Source: Octopus sinensis
Lineage: Eukaryota
Reading direction: 5' to 3'
NCBI RefSeq assembly: GCF_006345805.1
Contig: NC_043001.1
Location: 71,424,001-71,488,000 of the forward strand
Length of the DNA stretch: 64,000 bases
Made by a program: the position numbers and the translations under genes. Below are positions 54,061 to 64,000 of this stretch, piece by piece. Each line of letters begins with the position of its first letter. Position 1 is the first letter of the stretch. A model generated the notes under the pieces. That model was not told the origin of the DNA. It was given only the letters and a program-made list of their open reading frames with translations, and made no database searches.

Positions 54061-54802
54061 TCATATCATATTAGACACAACTCCTTAACCTAACAAAATG
54101 ATCGTTAAAGCATACCCCAATCATTACAATGAAACATTAACAAAACAACAGCACAAAGAAATTTAAAAACAACAACAAGAACATAACAAAACTCCTAATT
54201 CTACAAAGAAAGTTTTTGTTTCGGTTTTGTTTCGACCCTTTAGAATTGGAATTTTTGAAAATTAAAAATTTTGCATTTTGTAGCTTGTTATTCTTTTTAA
54301 GTGAACATTTTACTGGTTTAAATACACCGAAAAATTGCAACACAGCAGTCAAAAAATCATAAAAATAGAGATTTCCATAGAAAAAAAAGCACCTTTTTTA
54401 TATAAATAATTTTTGGTTCTAACATGCTCTGATTTGAATTTTTTCTCTTACAGAATGAAGAGCAGGCTTTCTTCTATCATACTCTCAATTTTGGTCAACT
54501 TGCGCCGCAGGGTCTTGGAGGAGATAGTGTTAGTTAAAGGTTATCAAACCTGCCACACACAGACAACGTCAGCTTCATATATATATTTTTTTATTTTTAC
54601 TTTTCATGCAATTTACGCATGCTTGCATGCGTGGTGAACACAGTTCACGTCAAACAGCTGACTGAGTACTTATAAACAAGGGCTTTACCATAAGTAACAC
54701 CTCACGTTGTAATGGGACTCGTATATCATTAATGGTCTATTGCTATAAATAACACCTCACGCTGCAATGGGACTCTAAAGGCAAACTAATTCAATAATTA
54801 CA

Positions 54803-55190
54803 CACAGGCCCCGACATCGTGGGAATGATCATAGAAGTTTCTTTAAAAAAAGGTTTAGTCGTATATCACTAATGATTTCACGGTCAGCATGTATAATATG
54901 CTCTCCAATCATCGGTACAACATAACCAGGAAATATAAATCCTTTTCGCCTATTATATACATATTACTAACAGGGAACCTCTATATGGTTGTCCAGTCTG
55001 CTAGAAATAACAGCCAAATTAACCTCAAATTACGCTCTGCTGCACTTATTTCACTTTCTCCTTTTTTTATGTTGTACCGATGGTTGGAGAGCATATTATA
55101 CATGCTGACCGTGAAACCATTAATGATATACGACTAAACCTTTTTTTAAAGGAACTTCTATGATCATTCCCACGATTTTGGTGCCTGTGT
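54803..55190. repeat. inverted repeat, ~123-bp arms with ~140-bp spacer
   Basis: atcgtgggaatgatcatagaagtt...aaaggtttagtcgtatatca...cggtacaacataa mirrored at 55067-55190. Confidence 0.93.
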
Positions 55191-55358
55191 ATATTTATTG
55201 AAGTAGTTTGCCTGTGTAGTCATGATGGGTTTACCGGGCTTTTATATTTTATTTCAGTGTCAATTTAATGGCATGCCCTACTTTCTCACTCAGTAATAAT
55301 ATTAATAATAATGATGATGATAATAATAATAACAATAATAATAGTAATAATAATAATG

Positions 55359-55434
<76 letters not shown>

Positions 55435-58400
55435 GTAAATAAGTAATACAAATTGAAATTTATTACTATTTTCGAAACGAAATGATGTATTTTGACTCGA
55501 TATCATCTCCACCTCTAACGCAACACATGTAAACATGCGTGAAATATCACGATCATCTCTGACCCCAAACACCATGTACAAAGGAACTACGAAGAAATTA
55601 AATGCCACCGATACTATTCAGCCCAAGAATAACAATCGAGCGGTACGTACATTAAACCTACAACAAAAAATGTACGAAAAACTACACGTGCGAAATAATG
55701 TGACAACAGAAATAAACGGACCGGTACCCTACGAAAATGACGACCGTCAAAATAATGGGCCGGACGTTGTACCTCATGTCCCGCAAATAAAACCCAAAAG
55801 ACGTAAATGGACACGTGAGGAATACATTTCTATCTTACACGCATACTTCACAGCAGTACTCTACCCAAAAAATGAAAATACAACAACACATACATATAAA
55901 ATATGGAAGGAAAATAATAGAGATTTAGACTTGGATACAGCAATGAACCCTAATAAATTAGCTAACGTACGAAGATACATTCTCAACACAAAAAAAATAT
56001 CAGAAATAGAAATAGAACACCTAAAAGAAAACATACACCAGGAAAATGTAGATAGAAGCCACACAACAATGCCCAATAATATAAACACTGAAACTGTAAA
56101 ACACGAAGACAAACGCAACATTCCCAACAAACACGATGTAAACAACGAAGGGGAGCCTAATGATTATGATAATATAAAAAATAAAATAATCAAAGAACTG
56201 AAAACCGCAGAGCTCACAATGGACCACCGACCATACCTCCCAAGAATCAAAATAAACAAAATAACAACACCTATTATAAACAGCATAAACCTAGCCGTCA
56301 CTGAACTGATAGCCACTGAATCAAAAAAAAGTGATATCACTGAGCTAAATAACCTAATATACGCAGCAGCCACTGCAGCCACAAAAGAAGCTGGATACTC
56401 ACCCAAACCCGCCCAAACAGGAGTACCACCACCCACACAAACCCTGTGGATAAATAACATCCAAAGCAAAATAAAAAAAAATAGAAAAGACCTGTCGATT
56501 CTTAATGAAATCAGTAAAGAATCAACGCTACTGAGCAACAAAAAGAGAACAAAAATACTCCGCAAATATAACATCACAGAAAAAGATTTGCCTGAAATAA
56601 AAGAAAAGCTGAAGCAAGATATCCTTGCCAAAGCACAAAGGATCCGCCGGTACAAGAACCGCCAACGCTTCTTTGAAGAAAACAAAAAGTTCAACTCCAA
56701 CCCCAAAAAGTTCTACCAAGAACTGGGCAAAAATAAAATAGAAGTCACTGCAGCACCAACGGCAGAGGAATTGGAAGAATTCTGGGGAGAAATATGGTCG
56801 GCGAACGAACCACCAAAAAAAAGGAGTATCAAAATAACAAACTCGGCATCTGAACAAATTTGGACTCCCATAACAACTGAAGAGGTCACCCAGGCACTGC
56901 AAAGACTAAGCAACTGGAAGGCACCTGGGCATGACAAGATCCCCAACTTCTGGTTGAAATATCTAACAGGAATGCACAAAAAGCTGGCTGAAAACTTTAA
57001 CAACGTACTAGCAGAGCCAGAGACAATGCCTGAATGGCTCACGAAGGGGAAAACCATCTTAATTCCCAAATCAAATGAAACAGAAAAACCAGAAAACTAC
57101 AGACCAATAACCTGCCTCCCTACTATGTTCAAGGCATTTACTGCAGAGATATCACAAAGGCTGAACAAGCACCTGGACGAAAACAAACTGTTCCCAGAAG
57201 AGCAGAAAGGATGCCGCAAAGGCTCATATGGCTGTAAAGATCAACTAATGATTAATAAAGCCATAACTGAAGACAGCCACAGAAAGAAGAAAGGCCTCAG
57301 TATGGCCTGGATTGACTACAAAAAGGCGTTTGATAGCATCCCCCACACATGGATCCTCGAAACACTAGCCATTAACAAAGTAGCACCAACAATCATAAAA
57401 TTCATAGAGCACTCTATGAATAAATGGCAAACAGTCCTACACCTCCAAACAACAGAGGGACTCATGAAAACCAAAGACATCCCCATTAGAAGAGGAATAT
57501 TCCAGGGAGACACGCTCTCTCCACTCCTTTTCTGCTTGGCACTGTCACCTCTATCTGATATGCTAAACAGAACTGGATGCGGATATAAATGTTACGGCAA
57601 AACGATCAGCCACCTTTTATATATGGATGACCTAAAACTATACGCTGCAAATGACAAACAGCTGGAAACACTATTAAAGACAGTTCATGGATTTACCAAA
57701 GAAATAGATATGAAATTTGGATTAGAAAAATGCGCCAAAGTAACCATGAAAAGAGGAAAACTAGTTAAGAGTAACAACATCACACTAGATGAAGCAAATG
57801 AAATAAAAGAATTAGACCAAAGCCAAACTTACAAATACTTAGGAATCCATGAACTAGATAAGACACAACACACACAAATGAAAGAGAAAATAAAAAAGAA
57901 TATTATAGACGAGTTAGATCAATACTAAACACAGAGCTCAATGCTAAAAACAAGATAATAGGTATCAACACTTTAGCTGTCCCAGTTATAAGTTACAGCT
58001 ACAATATCCTTAACTGGACACGAAATGAACTGACCAAAATAGACAGGAAAACAAGCAAAATAATGACAGGATCTAGGATGCATCACCCAAAATCTGACAT
58101 AGAAAGACTATATATACAACGTATAGAAGGTGGTAGAGGCCTTATACAGCTGGAAAACTACTATAAAATAACCACCATAGGACTGCAAAAATATCTACTT
58201 CGGAAGGAAGGAAAACTGATCCAGATAGCGGCAAAACACGAGCAAAACAAAGAACTGTTCTCAGTATTTAAGGAAGCTGACAAATACAAACAAGAAATCA
58301 TACCACCTAATAAACATGAAGAAGAAGAAGAAGAAGAAGATGAAGAAACAACAAAAGCTATAAAAAAAATGAAATCCAAACTAAAAATAGAACAGCAACG

Positions 58401-59289
58401 AACCATGATAAAACGATGGCAAGAAAAGCCCCTTCATGGTAAATACTGCACTAAACTAAACGCAAAAGAAATAGACAAAGAAAAATCCCAGCAATGGTTG
58501 AGAAGCTCAGGACTCAAAGCAGAAACAGAGGGATTTTTAATTGCAGCACAAGACCAAAGCCTCCCCACCAGAAATTACCAAAAACATGTAATGAAAAGAA
58601 ATATTACAAGTAACTGCAGAATATTTGGAGATGGACAAGAAACAATAAATCATATTATCTCTAGCTGCCCAGTCCTGGCTAAGAAGGAATATATTCACAG
58701 ACATGACAGAGTTGGAACTTACATACATTGGAAGCTATGCCAACATTATGGAATAACAACAGAAAAAAGATGGTATAGGCGCACACCAGAAAAGGTCACA
58801 GAAAACGAGAAAGCAACCATACTCTGGGATATGCCGATACACACAGATAGAGAAATTAAGGCCAACAGACCAGATATAGTTTTCAGAGACCATGAAGAAA
58901 AAAAAATGCTTTCTAATTGATGTATCAGTACCGGCAGATGACAACGTGTCTCTAAAAGAAATGGAGAAACTCTCAAAATACAAAGACCTGGAAATAGAGG
59001 TAACTAGAATGTGGAATCTGAAAACAGAAACAATTCCTATCATAGTAGGTGCATTAGGCATGATAAAAAAATATTCAGACAAATACATAACAAAAACACC
59101 AGGACTTACAAACACATATAACATACAGAAAATTGCACTACTAGGCACTGCACACATCCTACGCAGAACACTTTCCATACAATAACCATCAGAGCATCAC
59201 AACAAATCACAGCACATACCCAAGGCACATAGAGCTGCGCTCGGTAGTGAAGTGAAAGCACGCTATAAAAATAAAAATAAAACTACTGA
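55435..59289 (+). mobile_element. R4/Dong-clade non-LTR retrotransposon (family A), near full length, in a (TAA)n array
   Basis: (TAA)n on both sides; single long ORF with RT, zinc-knuckle and RLE domains; ~100-bp 3' UTR ending aaaactactga. Confidence 0.93.
55535..59185 (+). CDS. RT-RLE polyprotein (~1215 aa) split by two single-base indels in poly-A runs
   Basis: RRKWTREEY N-terminus, WKAPGHD, YRPITCL, WIDYKKAFDS, GIFQGDTLSP, YMDDLKL, QTYKYLG, zinc knuckle NCRIFGDGQETINHIISSC, RPDIV, LIDVSVP, KLSKY, PIIVGALG; frameshifts at ~57895 (-1 A) and ~58905 (+1 A). Confidence 0.88.
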
Positions 59290-59292
59290 ATG

Positions 59293-59327
<35 letters not shown>

Positions 59328-59757
59328 CGTATCTGTCAAGACCTACCAAAAACTGAGCAAATATAAAGATCTTGAAATAGAAATCAGCAAAATGTGGAAC
59401 CTGAAGACTAAAACAATACCTGTTGTCATAGGTGCCCTGGGAATAATAGCAAAAGGGGCTGATTGCTACCTAACTCAGATACCAGGAAATCCCAAAATGG
59501 CAGAAATTCAAAAGATAGTGCTCATGGGAACTGCTCATATTCTACACAAAACACTTTCTATGTAATCTCAAGTTTTAAAACAAACATAATTTTCGGTTTT
59601 TTTTGGACTTTCACTAGTACAACACTAAATACAAAACCAAATATATGGCACACTAAGCATAACAACAATACGAACTTCCAACCTATTGTCTCTTGAGGTC
59701 TCCAGGTGAGACTTGGACACAACTTGTACAAATATAAAGCAAAAATCAAACAGACAA
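59328..59757 (+). mobile_element. 5'-truncated second R4/Dong family (B): C-terminus plus 3' UTR, between (TAA)n tracts
   Basis: QKLSKYKDLEIEISKMWNLKTKTIPVVIGALG...LMGTAHILHKTLSM*, homologous to but distinct from family A. Confidence 0.88.
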
Positions 59758-59768
59758 TTATAATAATA

Positions 59769-59829
<61 letters not shown>

Positions 59830-60007
59830 TCCTAATTTTTGCACTAGCCCCGAAAAGTCAGTAACCATTAGGTGTTATTTATAGCAATGGACATTGATAT
59901 AATGAGGTGTTTTATTTTTAAGGAAAAAAATTATATACTTTTTATTAATTTTCTTCCTCAATTGATTTTCCATGTTGGCTACTTGATAAATCTTGTATAG
60001 ATGTTAT

Positions 60008-60050
<43 letters not shown>

Positions 60051-60053
<3 letters not shown>

Positions 60054-60421
60054 GCACAGGCGTGGCTGTGTGGTAAGAAGCTTACTTCCCGACTACATGG
60101 TTCCAGGTTCAGCGTGGTACCTTGGGTAAGTGTCTTCTACTATATCCGTGGGGCGATCAAAGCCATATGAGTGGATTTGTTAGACAGAAGCTAAAAGAAG
60201 TTCGTTATATATGTGCGTGTGTCTTTGTGTCTGTGTTTGCCCCCACCACTGCTTGACAACCGGTGTTGGTGTGTTTATGTAGCTGTAACTTAGCGGGTCG
60301 GCAAAAAGAACCGATGGAATGCTTACCAGGCCATAAAAAATAAGTACTGAAGTCTATACTTTCAAATAAAAATTCTTCAAGGCGGTGCCCCAGCATGGCC
60401 GTAGTCTAATGGCTAAAACAA
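60051..60421 (+). mobile_element. SINE family 1, diverged
   Basis: gtggctgtgtggtaagaagctt head, gtgtcttctactata core, aaggcggtgccccagcatggccg tail. Confidence 0.85.
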
Positions 60422-60440
60422 GCCCTATATATATGTATAT

Positions 60441-60518
<78 letters not shown>

Positions 60519-60789
60519 ATATATAAATGGATGAATGAATTAGCCTTTGTTTACCGTTATCATGGAAAATTCAATAAACAGTTACCAGGGTAGTAAGATT
60601 CGCGCAAGTAACACGGATGAAGCGACCTATTCAAAGGTAGATACCAGGAAGAGAAGGGTTAAAGAAATAATAAGTAGAGAACAAATAAAGAGGGATACGT
60701 TGGTTGAAAAAATGTTCAAAGGCTTAAAAGTAGATTTCTCTATTGAAGTAAAGTGCAAGTTAAACTAACAGTTCAAACTATAAAGACTG

Positions 60790-61225
60790 GCGAAATCACT
60801 TATATGAGTTAAAGGTATGTTTCTGCCAGTGTTTACATTTGTAAGATTACTCTATAAGTGTGTTAACAAGGTGATTCTTAGAGAAGAGAATATGGAAGAG
60901 ATCAGAGTTGCAAATGTTACAAAATCCCTTGCCCTTATCGTAAGGAAACGGTACGAACAGGATGAACCAATCTAACTTAAAACCTTTAATTGTTGTCTTT
61001 AAGATACCAAACCAATTTACTTAACCCTGTACTATTGCGTTTTTCTGCTATCCCTAAATGATGAATAATGCTTTGAAATTCTCTTAGATAACTGGGAAGA
61101 GGATGCGCCTATGTAGAAGTAGACATCGGTACCGGAAGAAATTTTACACTGGTATATAGAATTCTTGATCTTAGAATTATTAGACATAAATTTAATTCTT
61201 CAGAGATCAAAACCATGCTTTTATT
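60790..61225 (-). pseudogene. Penelope GIY-YIG endonuclease remnant
   Basis: KNSIYQCKI..YFYIGASS...RISKHYSSF...NSTGLSKLVWYLKDNN...PYDKGKGFCNIC..CKH fits the Penelope GIY-YIG block. Confidence 0.75.
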
Positions 61226-61230
61226 GCTAA

Positions 61231-61274
<44 letters not shown>

Positions 61275-61279
<5 letters not shown>

Positions 61280-62513
61280 TAGTTTTATTTTTATAGCGTG
61301 CTTTCACTTCACTACCGAGCGCAGCTCAGTGTGCCTTGGGTATGTGCTGTGATTTGTTGTGATGCTCTGATGGTTATTGTATGGAAAGTGTTCTGCGTAG
61401 GATGTGTGCAGTGCCTAGTAGTGCAATTTTCTGTATGTTATATGTGTTTGTAAGTCCTGGTGTTTTTGTTATGTATTTGTCTGAATATTTTTTTATCATG
61501 CCTAATGCACCTACTATGATAGGAATTGTTTCTGTTTTCAGGTTCCACATTCTAGTTACCTCTATTTCCAGGTCTTTGTATTTTGAGAGTTTCTCCATTT
61601 CTTTTAGAGACACGTTGTCATCTGCCGGTATTGATACATCAATTAGAAAGCATTTTTTTCCTTCAATATCTCTGACAACTATATCTGGTCTGTTGGCCTT
61701 AATTTCTCTATCTGTGTGTATCGGCATATCCCAGAGTATGGTTGCTTTCTCGTTTTCTGTGACCTTTTCTGGTGTGTGCCTATACCATCTTTTTTCTGTT
61801 GTTATTCCATAATGTTGGCATAGCTTCCAATGTATGTAGGTTCCAACTCTGCCATGTCTGTGAATATATTCCTTCTTAGCCAGGACTGGACAGCTAGAGA
61901 TAATATGATTTATTGTTTCTTGTCCATCTCCACATATTCTGCAGTTACTTGTAATATTTCTTTTCATTACATGTTTTTGGTAATTTCTGGTGGGGAGGCT
62001 TTGGTCTTGTGCTGCAATTAAAAATCCCTCTGTTTCTGCTTTGAGTCCTGAGCTTCTCAACCATTGCTGGGATTTTTCTTTGTCTATTTCTTTTGCGTTT
62101 AGTTTAGTGCAGTATTTACCATGAAGGGGCTTTTCTTGCCATCGTTTTATCATGGCTCGTTGCTGTTCTATTTTTAGTTTGGATTTCATTTGTTTTATAG
62201 CTTTTGTTGTTTCTTCATCATCTTCTTCTTCTTCTTTGTGTTTATTAGGTGGTATGATTTCTTGTTTGTATTTGTCAGCTTCCTTAAATACTGAGAACAG
62301 TTTTTTGTTTTGCTCGTGTTTTGCTGCTATCTGGATCAATTTTCCTTCCTTCTGAAGTAGGTATTTTTGCAGTCCTATGGTGGTTATTTTATAGTAGTTT
62401 TCCAGCTGTATAAGGCCTCTACCACCTTCTATACGTTGTATATATAGTCTTTCTATGTCAGATTTTGGGTGATGCATCCTAGATCCTGTCAGTATTTTTC
62501 TTGTTTTCCTATC

Positions 62514-62514
<1 letters not shown>
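61275..62514 (-). mobile_element. 5'-truncated family A LINE copy with open 367-aa C-terminal ORF
   Basis: ORF 61374-62477 nearly identical to 58070-59185, with intact CRICG..ETINHIISSC knuckle; (TTA)n on both sides. Confidence 0.95.
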
Positions 62515-62561
<47 letters not shown>

Positions 62562-62574
62562 TATTATTATTATT

Positions 62575-63128
62575 GAGTGAGAGAGCAGTTCATGCCATCA
62601 AAGTGACACTGGGGTAAAATATACGAAGCCCAATATACCCATCATGACTACCCGTCTGATAAAGGTACACCAGGCACATGCATCACAACCATATGTGCGC
62701 GACATGGTGATCTCATATCAAGATAAACAGCACATGACCTTGCAGGTGGGGCCCAGTTAGAATTTTCTTCAGGTTGAGTAGCCCATCCCGCTCAAACCGT
62801 CCCTGAATAAGGGTTGTTTAAGGATGTTGAAAGAACCACCCATGTTTCCAGAGGTGAACTATTCAAACCCCAAAGAATCCCTCTCAACACATGGCTATGA
62901 TGCTCCCCCACTACTTCTGCTCGTGATCAGAGATGCACATATCGTCAGCCACTAAGGGACATGCTCAACTGGTTAAGGTCAAACAACTGACAAGCAAATC
63001 TGTGGTATTGAGCAGAATATTTGCTGTAGCCCATCTTTTATACCAAGACAAAACAATGTACATGATAACACTTCCAATCAGTTAAGATCAGAAGCCATGA
63101 GAGCCACTGCCTGGTACTGCATCAGGGC

Positions 63129-63130
<2 letters not shown>
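62575..63130 (-). mobile_element. element C, ~555 bp, between (TTA)n tracts
   Basis: reverse complement of 50162-50660; no long ORF. Confidence 0.82.
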
Positions 63131-63189
<59 letters not shown>

Positions 63190-63212
63190 CTGTTATTATT
63201 ATTATTATTATT

Positions 63213-63342
63213 CTATGTTTGCATCTTGCTTTACATTTGTACAAGTTGGCTCCAAGTCTCACCCAGAGACCTCAAGAGAGAACAGGTTGGAAGTTCATGT
63301 TGTTGTTATGCCTAGTGTGCCATATATTGGTTTTGTGCCATA

Positions 63343-63345
<3 letters not shown>
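63213..63345 (-). mobile_element. family B 3' UTR fragment between (TTA)n tracts
   Basis: reverse complement matches 59630-59755. Confidence 0.85.
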
Positions 63346-63426
<81 letters not shown>

Positions 63427-63439
63427 CATTATAATGTGA

Positions 63440-64000
63440 GGGGTTGGAATTAACAAGATTAATGTTGGAACTCCCAGAAAAATTAACTTTTATTTAGCAG
63501 ATTGGTATTGTGAGAAGATATAATTTGTGAAAGATTCTTTGTGTTGGAGAAGGCGACTCTAACTATATGAGAGTTAATAATCGAATAATATCTAGAATTT
63601 TTGGGAAAGTTCCTAGCAACCGCTTCACGGAACTGCAAAGGAAGGTTCGATTTAATTTGTTTTCCAAACGGAATTACAAACCAGATATTTTTCCTAGTAA
63701 CATTTAAATTATAAGTGGTATTATCTTTAAAGGAAGGTGAACAATTTCTTGAGTGAAAATTTGAGCTTAAATAACGCTTGCCTCCCTTCCTCTGTAAAGG
63801 ATTTATATTATGTATTGCGTTGTTTACAATATTAGAATTAAAAATCACCCTTATTATTACAACTAGACTTTTTGTCTTGAGAAGTAGATAAAGGGCTAGA
63901 TTGAGCAGAATCAATGTATGTCACTTTTTCTTTATAACCAGCTTTAAGCAAGGCAGTGTTATAGAATTCTGCCTTGTTAAAAATGTCAACATCGGGGGAT
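63440..64000 (-). pseudogene. Penelope-like ORF, RT-thumb/linker region, running off the window end
   Basis: DIFNKAE..YNTALLKAGYKEK and RKNIWFVIPFGKQIKSNLPLQF...FPKNSRYYSIINSHIVRVAFSNTKNLSQIISSHN match the Penelope IWFNPPFS...FPK....IFN...VKVSYS..N...IISSHN block. Confidence 0.8.

Overview
AT-rich, microsatellite-saturated eukaryotic DNA. The repeat families look like octopus or another coleoid cephalopod (my recognition, not a database result). I find no supportable host protein-coding gene, so the window reads as intronic or intergenic. Almost all short entries in the ORF track are translations of (TA)n, (CA)n, (TATG)n, (TAA)n or (GAA)n tracts. Real coding signal comes from mobile elements: (1) a nearly full-length R4/Dong-type LINE at 55435-59289, plus truncated relatives, sitting in (TAA)n arrays, with a paralogous empty/filled site pair; (2) four IS630-Tc1-mariner lineages: a DD34E Tc1 with long IR-DR ends, DD37D maT, rosa-like, and several mariners; (3) Penelope-like remnants (RT and GIY-YIG pieces) with hammerhead-ribozyme motifs; (4) decayed RTE and CR1/Jockey-type LINE pieces; (5) at least three tRNA-derived SINE families. 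The window also has many fold-back structures (30 bp to 1.2 kb arms) and a decayed 23-aa-periodic STPR-like reading frame. Coordinates and identity estimates were read by eye, and decayed elements may be off by tens of bases.
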